A stretch of 64,000 bases of DNA, taken from positions 1,054,001 to 1,118,000 of the forward strand of contig JAYWIR010000032.1 in assembly GCA_036172245.1 (NCBI GenBank). Direction: 5' to 3'. The notes below the pieces were generated by a model that worked only from the letters and a program-made list of their open reading frames with translations, was not told the DNA's origin and did not search any database. Shown here piece after piece: positions 1 to 10,859 of the stretch (its first letter is position 1; every line of letters begins with the position of its first letter). This DNA is from Raillietiella orientalis. Its lineage: Eukaryota. A program made the position numbers and the translations under genes.

Positions 1-10
1 TGCTCTCGGA

Positions 11-640
11 GTGTTTTTGCCGCGGGAGGCGCGCAGGTTTTTGCTGCCACCCCCTGGGGAGCTCCGTGCTTCCGATGATATGAGTGGAGGGCGACCCGTG
101 ACCACTGTCGGGGCACTGGCTGCTCCGGGCGGCTGGCGCAGCTGGGTCTATCCCGCGGCCTCTTCCCCATTTCTCTTCGCACGGCACTCGGCCTGGGAAG
201 GGCAACGGGAAGAGCGGGCGGGGGAGCGCACCCAGCGATGGCATCCCGGGGACGGCCGCGCCGTGAGTCGCCGGGAAGTTTCCTCTGCTCCTCTCTGCCC
301 CTCTCCCGGAGCAGTTCGAGGCCTGCGGGTGAGGGAGGGATCCGCGCTCTTGAGTGCCGCGGCGCGGCGCCGGAGGACCGGGCGGAGTCCCGCGGAGGAA
401 GGGGGATTCGGTCCAGCAGCTGCCTCTGCGGGAAGGGGGGGGAAGGGGAACAGCAAGGAAGCTGAGCCTCAGGGGCGTGCATTACCTGCAGGGTCGATTC
501 GCCCCCAGGCAGAGGGAACCCACTCTCTCCCTCGCCCCTTAGCAGGAAGGACCCGGGCACGCGAAGGCACAGGGAGATCCGCGCAAATCCCGGGCGAGCA
601 AGGCGGCGACCTCTCCCCCCTGAGCGTGGAAGTGCTCCTC
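11..640 (+). pseudogene. Decayed LRR-coding segment (weak)
   Basis: Fragments EEGGFGPAAAS, RKLSLRG and RALPAGSIRP across different frames. Confidence 0.4.
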
Positions 641-647
641 CACCTAC

Positions 648-781
648 CTCCTCGTCGTTGATGTGCCAACTGATGTTGGCCTCAGGGAAAGAGTTCGGGG
701 ACGTGCAGTTGGCCCTCACGTAGTGACCCGCAGAGTAAGCCGGGTGCAGCCCCGTGATGACCGGGTCCCGGTCGGGAAGAT
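648..781 (-). CDS. beat: Beat-family exon, start of Ig domain 2 (C2/CD80-like)
   Basis: Translates (D)LPDRDPVITGLHPAYSAGHYVRANCTSPNSFPEANISWHINDEE, with the P-x-I-x-G...Y...NCTS-x-x-S-x-P...W-x-IN motif. Acceptor ttccgtttgcag, donor GTAGGT, 134 nt, phase 1 to 0. Later exons were not found in 1-647. Confidence 0.95.
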
Positions 782-899
782 CTGCAAACGGAAGCAACGT
801 CAGTTCCCGGAGAGCTTGCGCAAGGAAAAGGGGGAAGGGGAATCGGGGTTTCGCCCTTGGAAACGGCGCAGCAGGACAGGAGGTGAGGGAACGTCCTCA

Positions 900-1760
900 C
901 CTCCCGCTCGACGAGGTCAGGACATCTTGACCCCGAGGAACCGATTTGGAGAGGAATCGACCCCTCAGATGCTCCTGCCGTCTCCCGGGATCGATCGATC
1001 CGGAGTGTCCCGAGTGACGAAGTCCTTCGTAGGCGTGGAGAGGAGAACAGGGAGCGCTTCAAAGACGGGAGAGGTCAGAGCAGATCACGGCGAGGTCTGC
1101 CCGCCCCTCCTCCTCCTTCGATGCTCCGAGGCGAAGACGAGGACCGGATCCTCGTCCTGCTCGTCCGATGCGGTTGTGCTGCTCCAACGGTCGCTTCTGG
1201 TAGAAGGTACATCGACGAGGATGGCATCCCTCTCCGTCGCCTGGAGACGGAGTCCATCGCGAGAAGCGTGTATCCCGTTTTCCGGCCTTTACAAAAGGAA
1301 CGGGAGGGTCTCAGATGGAACTTCTGGTGCCTCCTCCTCCTCTTCCTTCCCTTTCTCTTCAACTCCGAGTCCGTCTCCACAGGAACGAGAGAGAAACTGT
1401 AAGCGCGCGGGCGGCTAATGTCCCTCCTCTCGGGTCCTCTTCTTCTTCATGGAGACTCTCCTCATTCTTGTCTTTCACGAACGTTCCCCTTTCTCGCATC
1501 TGCGCCTCCCGGGTATATTCTGGCAACGGGAGCTCGCGAAGTGTGGCGTTGCGATCTGACGCCTTTTCCTAGGACGCAGGTCCTTCCCGCACGGAAAATC
1601 CAACAACCTCAAAGGCGGTCCCCCGAGCCAAGGTCTTTCGCTGTCCCCGATGGAGGCCCTGGAGACCGGAAGGGAGACTTTCCGGGACTCGGTCGCTCTC
1701 GCGGGAGGTGGTCACCGGGGGTCCGGACGCTCCGGACGAGAACCCTGCGCGCGCTGCTCC
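900..1760 (+). pseudogene. Decayed LRR-coding segment inside Beat intron 782-2096
   Basis: VSRVTKSFVGVERR; SIARSVYPVFRPLQKEREGL; LSFTNVPLSRI; LRSDAFS; RETFRDS, in shifting frames. Confidence 0.6.
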
Positions 1761-2096
1761 CCCGAAAGCGCGGCAACCCTTCCGGCGTCAGTCCTCGAGG
1801 CCGAGTTCCAGGGCGGCTTCCATCTCCTCCCACTCACGGGCAACTGCCCTTCCCTCTGCGACCTCCCGCACCGAGGCCACGGCACGGCAATCCTCGTTGC
1901 CAGGGTCCCCCAGAAACGACAACCACCCGAACGCAACAGCGGGGGCAACAGCGCCTCGTTCCGGGTTCACCCGCGCGCCCGTCGGCGATCGCAGAGTTTC
2001 CGGGACGAGAGTCCGGGCGCTGGAGAGTGCGTTCCGGCCACGCGCTGCGCCGCGCGCAGAGTGGAGCCCGGGGGCCCCGAACGAACTTGCACCCAC

Positions 2097-2229
2097 CGAC
2101 TATGTACAGGTCGGCCTTGTCCGATACGGTGAAGAATGTTCCCTCTTCAGACACCTCGCAGCGGTACCCACCGGCGGCTTTCAAAGTCAGGGGGTTGAGG
2201 ACGAGCTCCTTCTCATTCGATGCGTCTCT
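2097..2229 (-). CDS. beat: Beat-family exon, second half of Ig domain 1
   Basis: Translates RDASNEKELVLNPLTLKAAGGYRCEVSEEGTFFTVSDKADLYIV, with the G-x-Y-x-CEVS motif. Acceptor tcttttcctcttccag, donor GTGGGT, 133 nt, phase 0 to 1, matching both neighbouring exons. Confidence 0.95.
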
Positions 2230-2259
2230 CTGGAAGAGGAAAAGAGCAGATCTCGGGAT

Positions 2260-3225
2260 AAGAGGATCGCGTCACCCTGAGACCTCCGCTGATGGAAACC
2301 TCCTCCTTCTCCAGCGCAATTCCTTCGGTCCAGATCCGGCACGCCGAGCGCAAAATGGGACGGGGATTTTTTTCCCTGGGAAGGGCGCTCGGCTCCGCGA
2401 CCTCGAGGACGGGCTGCATCGGAAAGCCACGTGGAGACGGGTGACCTCAGCCTTCCTCTTCGCCAAGGGAAAAGTCAGGAACGTCTCCGAAAACGGAGAG
2501 GATCGGCAGCCGCCCTCTGAAGGGAGGCTGCCGCTCCTGGAGCCAGCCAAAGCCCACTCGGAATCCGCGCTGTCCCCGTTGTGACCCCGGATGTCGGAGG
2601 CGCTGGTCTCCGTGCCTTCCAGCGTACTTCAAAGAGCTAAGCGGCCATCCTTCCTCCCGACACCCGCAGGCTCGCTCTCCCTTCGCCCAAGCTCTCTCTC
2701 TCGGGTGTTGGCTTTTCCCGGGGGTAAAGGCTGGTGGTGGTCTTCCGCGGGCGGGTCGGCCGTGCAGTCTCGCTCGGAGGGTGTTCCAGCTGGTGCTTCC
2801 GGCGGATGGCACGCCCGCGTCGGGGGTTGGACAAGACGACATCACCACAACGAATGCATTCTGGGCTCCAGCGTTCGGAGAGGTAACAACGAGGCGACCA
2901 ATACAAGGATCTCGCCGTCTCCATAACAACGGTGGATGTTCAGGTGGGCACTCCGGATTCCAACGAAAGAGGCAGGTAAGAGAGCTACAAACCCTGCTGC
3001 TACGCCTCCGAAAAGGAGGTGCCTTGTGATTAGTCCTAAGATCCAGAATGGCTGCGATATCCGGTTTCCGGTAGCGATCCCGGTTTCAGAAATGGGCGCT
3101 TCATTTTGGTTTTTGAATGAGCGCCTCGGCGCGGTCAGGAGAGGAACTCTGACCGCGGCGACGCACCTCTTGCACTGGGGGGTTGTCCCGCGCCAAAAAG
3201 GATGCCTGTAGATGCTATCCTGTCT
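2260..3225 (+). pseudogene. Decayed LRR-coding segment
   Basis: LLLLQRNSFG; KVRNVSEN; EALVSVPSSVLQRAKR; LNERLGAVRRGTLTAATHL. Confidence 0.6.
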
Positions 3226-3954
3226 GAGCAGCAGCCGGGCGCGACGCGGATATGACGGAGGATTGCTGGAAGTGTCGCCACCACTCCATGCGGACGGGAC
3301 AAGAGGACGAGGCAGAAGGCACCGAAGGCACCAAGCCAGGGCACGACTTCACCCCTTTTGTCTTGTTCAGACGCACCGTCCCCTCAGGGAACAGAGCGGC
3401 TTCGCTCATCTTCTGGGGATTATCCAGCTCTTCCGGAACATCCCCGTTTCTGGGATGCCCCAGGGTCCGGACGATGCCGCCGCGGTCGCGCGACTGGGCG
3501 CCCGCGAGGGGGGGAGCACGTTGCTCCCGCGTTTCCGCTCCTCTCGTTCGCGCGCCTTCCCGAACGCCTCCGCGACTTTCGGGTGCCAGGAGCAAGCGCC
3601 GAGCACCAGGACGCGGACTCCCCTTTTCTCCTGACGAGTTCAGGTCGCAGCGGGGGACTCGACATCGGGTGCCGGAGCGATCGCGATCCAGAATCCCTCG
3701 TCAGCGCTCCGGCCATTTCCATAACTTCCCTCCACCCCACTCTCCTCCCCCTTCTTCTCCGGGCCGTTCGCCGTTTGAACTCGGCCGTTGCGGCGCTTCG
3801 GCGTGTTGCGGTGGGCGACTCTCCCCACGGCGCCTTCAGGCGTCGAGCCGCGGCACCGCCACCTCGAACCGGAACGGCGGTCGCGCGCCGGCGTCGGAGC
3901 CAACGCCAGTCATCGGGACGGAACACGCTCGGATGCAGTGCACACCGGCGGCCG

Positions 3955-3997
<43 letters not shown>

Positions 3998-4163
3998 CCA
4001 ACACCCGCGTCGCCGCCAGGCGAGCCACCACCGACACGTCCCCTCTTGAGCAGTATCTTCCCGCCGGGAGTCCCGCCAAATTGCCCGAGGCGAACGCGCT
4101 CGAGATCGTCCCCACGGGACTCTCGCGAGCTCGGGAACCAGCCGGCTTCACATTTCCCAACGT
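3226..4163 (+). repeat. Left arm of a 938-bp near-perfect inverted repeat (partner 6167-7104)
   Basis: Reverse-complement match from GAGCAGCAGCCGGG (3226/7104) to ...CATTTCCC(A/G)ACGT (4163/6167). Coordinate sums are equal (10330) at both ends, so there is no net indel. Two mismatches seen (4144, 4159). The ORF track gives identical peptides for both arms. Includes a (CA)n tract at 3963-3995. Confidence 0.98.
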
Positions 4164-6166
4164 TCCATCCAGGGCGTGGCTGAACCGTGAGGGCTGTGGA
4201 TGCTCAGTGCGGTGCGTTCGATCTGAGCGAAAGATAAATCCGGCTTCCGCCAACCCCGCGCCAGATATGGAGCGGCGCTGGACGCACGTATCCGCAGCGC
4301 GGGTTATCGGCCCCATAAATTAGGGTCGCCTTCCTCGATAAGGGAGCGGAAACACGATGGTACGGATCGTGCACGCTCTGGGAAGAGGAATCTGCATGCT
4401 GCGTCCAGCCTCTTCGCGAGGAGGAGGCGGGAGCAGAGCCATGGCGGTTCATCCCGATGGAGGTCGGGTTGGACCCGTCCGCGCGTTCCGTGGACAGAGG
4501 AATCTGCGGAATGCAGGTGGCAAGCATTTTCGGGATCAGTTTGGGAGGGGAGGGAAGGCGGGGATCCACGAAAAGGCGAGAGTAGCCGACAAAACACGAC
4601 TGCCCTGCAGGGCTGGCGCTTTCGCGGCGCAGCAGCAAAGGCACCTGCCTTTTCTCCCTGCTAGATGGCCCCCAGATAAACCCGGGCGAAGCAGCGATGG
4701 AAGCGGCAGTCCCAGAGGGTACCGCTGCTGATACCCCTTCGCCTAGTCGCTAAAAATGCGCATTCCTCACCTTCCTCTGGGGAATTCGAACTGGGCACGC
4801 TCTACGGAGGGGGAGTCCAGCCAAGACGATAGCAGTGGATGCCTCGGGTGGCCCGAAAGCGACTTTCCTCGCGAGCTCGAAATCCCAGGGGGAAGAACGC
4901 GCAGTCGATGGGATTTTCACACGCGAGAACAGGGCCCTCCGCCTGCTGGAACACTTCCACGGAGTCAGGTGATCCCTCTCTCCTCCTGGAGGCGGTGGCA
5001 TTCTCCTGCCTTATGGTGAGACCAGGCAGGAACCCCCTAAAGGCGCCTGCAAAAGGTGGCAGGTCTCTGTTACGATCGAAGTGACCCAGAAGGAGATGCT
5101 CCTTCGGAGTCCGTGCGGAAGCCGAGATGGTGCCGAGCAAGCGCCGTGGCACGCTGCCCTTCACACGCCTCATCCGCTCCCGAGCTCTCCTCCTTTCGCA
5201 ACAACGCGAGCAAAGTGAGACACAGGCGGAGGAGGAGGTGGAAGATGCGGACCACGCCTTCATCCCTCCACCGCATCGCAAGCGCCCTGAAAGAGACCGA
5301 GAGCTCTGCCTGCTCCTTGCGGACTTCAGAGCAAACGCGAATGTTCACCTCCCTCCACCCCTGCCGGCTGGGTCGCCGCCTAGCGTGGAGAAGGAAATAG
5401 GGATCCTCCTCCCACAAATCTCAGAGTTCCTTCCCTTCCCACCACCTCGCAGGAAGGTGCGGTGCCTACAGGAACTGTCCCTGCCTATCCCGAAGATGCA
5501 AAAGGAAAAGCCAAAAAGGACCCATCTCGAGCAGCGCTGCGGACGGCATAGGGGTTGAGGCACGTTGTCTTCCATGGAAACGGCTGAGGTGGCAGACCCC
5601 TCAGGAAGGGGGGAGGAGGGGATTCGTGTATCGTCCTTTTGTCGTTCCACTGGCTTCTCAGCGGTCTTATGGAACTTCCACAGTTCGAAAAGACTTCGAC
5701 TTCTTAGAGAAATAGGGCCCCAGAGTGTCTTCGTTTTGCTCGCGGCGGCCATTGTCCCACAGCGGAGTGGATCCCTTTGAATGCACCGAAGACGTCTTAC
5801 AGAGAGGAAGGGCGCACCATGGAGGAGGAGGATGAACACAGACAAAGAAGCAGCTGCTGGAGTGCAGCTGGAGAAAACAAAGATTGTGATGTAGCGGAAA
5901 CTCGGTTGTCACGTCACCTCAATTGGCAGAACGGAAGCTGCGAGACCTTGAAGCAACAGAGCCAAATGCCGAATGTGCAGCTGAAGGAGCAAATGGAGCG
6001 CCGCGAAGAAGGAGATGACGCAAGACGTTCAAGTGTGACGGCTGAGGAGCACCAAGTTCACCAAAGAAAAGCGGTGGCTTCCCGTTATGTCGGAAGATGC
6101 ATCTCCCGTTTGTGAACACCTTGTGAAAGCTCAGGCAGCGAGAGCGAAGGAACAGACGCAGTCCTG

Positions 6167-6332
6167 ACGTCGGGAAATGTGAAGCTGGCTGGTTCCCGAG
6201 CTCGCGAGAGTCCCGTGGGGACGATCTCGAGCGCGTTCGCCTCGGGCAATTTGGCGGGACTCCCGGCGGGAAGATACTGCTCAAGAGGGGACGTGTCGGT
6301 GGTGGCTCGCCTGGCGGCGACGCGGGTGTTGG

Positions 6333-6375
<43 letters not shown>

Positions 6376-7104
6376 CGGCCGCCGGTGTGCACTGCATCCG
6401 AGCGTGTTCCGTCCCGATGACTGGCGTTGGCTCCGACGCCGGCGCGCGACCGCCGTTCCGGTTCGAGGTGGCGGTGCCGCGGCTCGACGCCTGAAGGCGC
6501 CGTGGGGAGAGTCGCCCACCGCAACACGCCGAAGCGCCGCAACGGCCGAGTTCAAACGGCGAACGGCCCGGAGAAGAAGGGGGAGGAGAGTGGGGTGGAG
6601 GGAAGTTATGGAAATGGCCGGAGCGCTGACGAGGGATTCTGGATCGCGATCGCTCCGGCACCCGATGTCGAGTCCCCCGCTGCGACCTGAACTCGTCAGG
6701 AGAAAAGGGGAGTCCGCGTCCTGGTGCTCGGCGCTTGCTCCTGGCACCCGAAAGTCGCGGAGGCGTTCGGGAAGGCGCGCGAACGAGAGGAGCGGAAACG
6801 CGGGAGCAACGTGCTCCCCCCCTCGCGGGCGCCCAGTCGCGCGACCGCGGCGGCATCGTCCGGACCCTGGGGCATCCCAGAAACGGGGATGTTCCGGAAG
6901 AGCTGGATAATCCCCAGAAGATGAGCGAAGCCGCTCTGTTCCCTGAGGGGACGGTGCGTCTGAACAAGACAAAAGGGGTGAAGTCGTGCCCTGGCTTGGT
7001 GCCTTCGGTGCCTTCTGCCTCGTCCTCTTGTCCCGTCCGCATGGAGTGGTGGCGACACTTCCAGCAATCCTCCGTCATATCCGCGTCGCGCCCGGCTGCT
7101 GCTC
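6167..7104 (-). repeat. Right arm of the 938-bp inverted repeat
   Basis: Reverse complement of 3226-4163, with a (TG)n tract at 6335-6367 of the same length. Confidence 0.98.
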
Positions 7105-7604
7105 GAACGGGAGGGGAGCAGGAATATGGGAACATGTTCGCCTCTCCAGGAGGGTCGACCGCATAGGGGAAGGCCGGTCGTGTTGGTGGTGCCTCCGGAC
7201 CATGTGGGAGACACATCTCCGAAGAGGGTCTTTCCTCGACTCATGTCTTCTCGGGACCTCCCCGGAGGCGTCATCTGTCAGCAGTCCATCCTCCCGATCT
7301 CGGGAGATCGGGCGCGCGACCAACCTTCGCAGGTCGCTTCCGCCTTTTACCTTCCGGCCCCTGCGGCCGGGAGGAGGGAACGTTTGCTGGCGCGCCGTGC
7401 CGAAGTCTCTCTCTCGGTGAACGCGACCCGGAGTCGGAAGGGAAAGCGAAAGGAAAATCCCCGTCGGACGCGAGGGACCGAATGAAAGATGTAGGTGCTG
7501 TCGCGTGGAGATTTCCCTGGAAGTCTCATTGTCACCTGGCGGGTCTCGGTCGTGCCTTATAGATTTTCAGGAGGGAGGAGGAGGCGATCTTTGCCTTCCT
7601 CAGT

Positions 7605-8345
7605 CATTTCGGTTCGCCAAGTGCTGAAGAACCGTTTATCTCGTCAAGGTGGCTCACGATGCCCCTGAGCGATGTCCACGCCACCCGAGGGTGCTTGCAA
7701 GTCGTCAAGTTGAAGGAGTGACCCCGTAGGGACCACCTTATGAATCCAAAAAGAGGTTCCAGAGAAAGGAGTCCGTTCCTCTCACGCTTGAGAGGTAACT
7801 CCAGAGGGAACCTCTTCCCTATTCTCTCCGAAGGGATCCCACGGAGGGGATCACGCGGGATTTTTTCATCAGAGGGACTCCTGGGAAAGGATCAGCTCCT
7901 GGACTTTTTTCTCCGGAAGGAACCTGCAAAGGAACCACTCCTTGTTTCTCCTCACGCTTCCCATTTTCCTCCGAAGGGTCGCTCCCCGCAGGGAGCCGCG
8001 CGCTTCTTGCACTCTGAAGAGGTCATCCTCCGAGAGGGTCATTAACCAGCTTTATGGTATCACTTGGAGACCTCCTTCCTTTCGAGGGGGAAGATGTCTC
8101 CGTCTTCACAACCAGAGGAGACACCCCGAAGGGATCCGGTGCACCCGGATTCCTGGAAGGACCGCGGAGGGCCAACTTTCCAATCCCGACGGAGGCATCC
8201 GGCTTCCAGCCAGTGCCACGCCGGAAGCCTACAGGGCCAACCAGCGCCATTTTGCGGAGAAAACTCTAAACCCACCCACGCACCCATTTCTCAACGCCGA
8301 TCCTCCACGTGAGGTTTCGAACTTGCGACGTTTGGTGCCATGCGC
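7605..8345 (-). mobile_element. Long tRNA-derived SINE, copy 1
   Basis: Shares blocks with the other copies (forward ..CCCGTAGGGACCACC.TATGAATCCA.., GATTCCTGGAAGGA, GGCCAACCAGCG, CGCACCCATTTCTC). B-box-like GTTCGAAAC on the minus strand near 8313-8322. Confidence 0.8.
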
Positions 8346-8997
8346 GCGGCGGCCGCAGTCATGCAGCGACCTCAAACTGGGGCTCCGGGATGGCGTCGAA
8401 GGTCAACTTCTTCAGGATCTTCTTTCCCAGTGCCGGTGGAGACAGCAGCAAGTGCGCCGAGAAGTGCGAGGGGGCATTGCTCCTCACGACTACAGACCGC
8501 ACCCCCTCGTTCCTCTTGGGCGGTCCGCGGTTCCAGAAAAACCATGCCAACCCTCTCAGGAGTGAATCTCGGAGCGACAGCTCGAATCCGGTTTCCTGGA
8601 TGCCGGAGACGATCAGGTCGCAGCTCGCCTTCCCTCCGTTCCCGGCACTGCGGTCGCGGGAGGATATGCCGGGATCCGCGTCCGAGGAAGGCTGAAGAGA
8701 AAGCGGAAGAGAAAGAGGGAGAGGAAAGAAGGGAAAGTTCCGGGAGGATCAGGGGAAGAAGAGTGGATCGGGAAAAAGCGCCACGCACGTTCGAATTCAG
8801 GAAGGAAAAGGACGCGCGCTTCCCGTAAGAAGGGAGAGACCTCCTTCCAGGAGGGCGTCGTCGCCGCCTCCTTCCCTGACCTTTCCGCGTCCTCGGGGGC
8901 GTGGAAGAGGGAGGAGGAAAAGAAGGAATGGCACCCGAGGTCTTCCTGGAGAGCGCGAGGGGTTCCCTTCTTTCTCGGAGCGGTGCGCACGACTCAC

Positions 8998-9194
8998 GTC
9001 CACGTGGACCCCCGGCAACTCGAAGAGCTGCATCGGAGGGTCGTTCTTCGGGCGGTAGCGGAAGAGCTCATGTCCCCCTTTGTACCACTTCACCGAGTAC
9101 AGCATCTCCTCGTCCAGGTGGTAGCTGCAGGTCAGCTTGGCAGTCTCTCCGACGACCGAGCGGAAGGGCACGATCACGCCGTCCAGATGGATAC
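8998..9194 (-). CDS. beat: Beat-family Ig protein, exon encoding the first half of Ig domain 1
   Basis: Translates (G)IHLDGVIVPFRSVVGETAKLTCSYHLDEEMLYSVKWYKGGHELFRYRPKNDPPMQLFELPGVHVD, which carries the Beat signature C-x-Y-x-L...LYSVKWYK...E-x-FRY-x-P...PG-x-x-VD. Acceptor ctttctccttgcctag, donor GTGAGT, 197 nt, phase 1 to 0. The paralog cannot be assigned. Confidence 0.95.
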
Positions 9195-9231
9195 CTAGGC
9201 AAGGAGAAAGGGGTGAGGAAGAAGTTTTCTC

Positions 9232-9335
9232 GCGGTCTCTCGGTGCCCCCCTTCTCGGGCACAGGGACGCTAAAAGCAGCGGTCTCTCGGTGCCCCCCTT
9301 CTCGGGCACAGGGACGCTAAAAGCAGCGGTCTCTC
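9232..9335. repeat. Perfect 47-bp tandem duplication (2.2 copies)
   Basis: GCGGTCTCTCGGTGCCCCCCTTCTCGGGCACAGGGACGCTAAAAGCA at 9232 and 9279, with a partial third copy at 9326. Confidence 0.97.
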
Positions 9336-10504
9336 TCATCTCATCTCATTTCTCCTCCCTCCCCCTGTTTCCCGAGAGCCGCGGCGCCCCTTCGGGGAGA
9401 ACGATGGAGGAATGGAGCTCTTGCCACGTCCACGCCCCGTCCCGCCTCGGGAGGGCGCCAGCGCGCGAGCCTCGGGAGAAGGACGTGCGGCGGCGCCATC
9501 CCTGCGCGCGCGCGCGCATGGGCGGGTTTCCGTTCCGCCTCCCCTCTCCCTGAGGGCGCCGGAGCCGCGCCTGGTCTTCTCGGCCGCCCGGCGGGAAGGG
9601 GACGGTCCGATGACGGATGGCGTCGTCAGTAATTAGACCGGTGCTCGCGGAAATCTGGCGACAGGAGGAGCTCCATTGTTTTTCCCGCATCTCCGCCTAA
9701 TGGACCATAAACCGGCGATTCGCGCGCTCTCTGTCCGGCAATAAAGGCGGCGCTCGCTCCCGTGATAATAAATTGATTATTTTTATATTCCCGCCCTTCC
9801 CGGCGCGGTCGCCCCCTCCGCCTCGCTGGCGAGAAAGGTCCGCGCTCGGCCTCTCAGGGACGCCAGCAGATGTCTTCCCGGAATTCCGAAACAAAAGAGA
9901 ACAAAAGCGCTCCTTTAGCAGGTTCCCGGCAGCCTCGCAGATTGCCGGGAAAACAATGGGACGAGTATATCTTTTCTTTTCGGGAGGACAGGAACGCATT
10001 TATCTTATCCGGGATTCCTCTCATTTCAATGAAATAATTCTTACCGCTTCCTCCTTCTCCTCCCCTCCCCAAGTTTCTGATGGGCGGAGCCATCACGAGC
10101 CGAGAAGCTCCGGCAATAAATCTGGCGGCAGATCGCGCGCGCGGGCAAGCGGGCCAGCCCTACGGAGGAAGAGGCAGGGAGATCAAACTCCGGCGGGGCG
10201 ATCGGTGGCCGAGATGCCGCCGCCGGCGGCATCGCGATCTGCATCCGGAGCGCTGAGGCAACTTGCCTCTCCCCTCCCTCCTCTTCCTCCTTGGCTCACG
10301 TTTTTCCCTCTTGCTTTTTTGCTTCTTCCCTCTTTTTCTCTCTCTTTTTTTTGCGTGTCCCTCAACGTCTTGGAGATTTGTCTTCGCGGATCGTGCTAAG
10401 CTCGGGAGATCTTTCATCTGGACAGATGACGTAATTTGAGATTCCCGATCGATGAGCTCTTGGCGGCAAGAATTTCGAGGCAGAGCAGGCATCTCACTAT
10501 CCGT

Positions 10505-10815
10505 AGGGGGAGAGGTGGGAGAGGAAAGGAAGAGGAAGAGGGGAGGGGGAGGAGGAGAGGAAAAATGAGGAGAAAAAAAGAAAGAGGAGGAAGGGAAGAG
10601 ATGAAGAGGAGGGAGAAGGGAGGGAAAAGAGGAAATGAGAAAGCAGAGGAAGGGAGGAGGAGGAAGAGCAGAAGGAGGGAGGAGGAAGAGAAAAGGAGAA
10701 AGTAGAGGAAGAAGGAAAGAGGAAGAGTGGAGGAGGATAAGAGAGCGGCAGGGAACAAAGGGGAAGGAGGGAAGAGAAAGCAAAGAAGAACAGCGAGAGG
10801 AGGAAGAAAAGGGAA
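10505..10815. repeat. Polypurine (GA-rich) low-complexity tract
   Basis: About 310 nt almost entirely A/G on the plus strand. Confidence 0.95.
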
Positions 10816-10859
10816 ACTGGTTTTAGAGAAGGTTGATGGCAGAGAATGAGTTTTCTTTT

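Larger units (their letters stand above)
4164..8690 (-). pseudogene. Long decayed LRR-coding block, interrupted by a SINE and containing the right arm of the inverted repeat
   Basis: RLRHPGNRIRAVAPRF; VRSVVVRSNAPSHFSAHLL..ILKKLTFDAIPEPQF; KTLFGDVSPTW; NALEIVPTGLSRA; HLNVLRHLLLRG..HSAFGSVASRSRSF; HLLLGHFDRNRDLPPFAGAFRGFLPGLTIRQEN; IWRGVGGSRIYLSLRSNAP. Confidence 0.75.

Noticed and set aside
3226..7104. Long-TIR DNA transposon (foldback or MULE type)
   Set aside because: There is no target-site duplication and no transposase in the spacer. Arms and spacer read as LRR remnants.
10045..10093. Nearby ATG exon MAPPIRNLGRGGEGGS with a phase-1 GTAAGA donor as Beat exon 1
   Set aside because: It has no hydrophobic core and so cannot supply a signal peptide. 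It is not excluded as an alternative exon.
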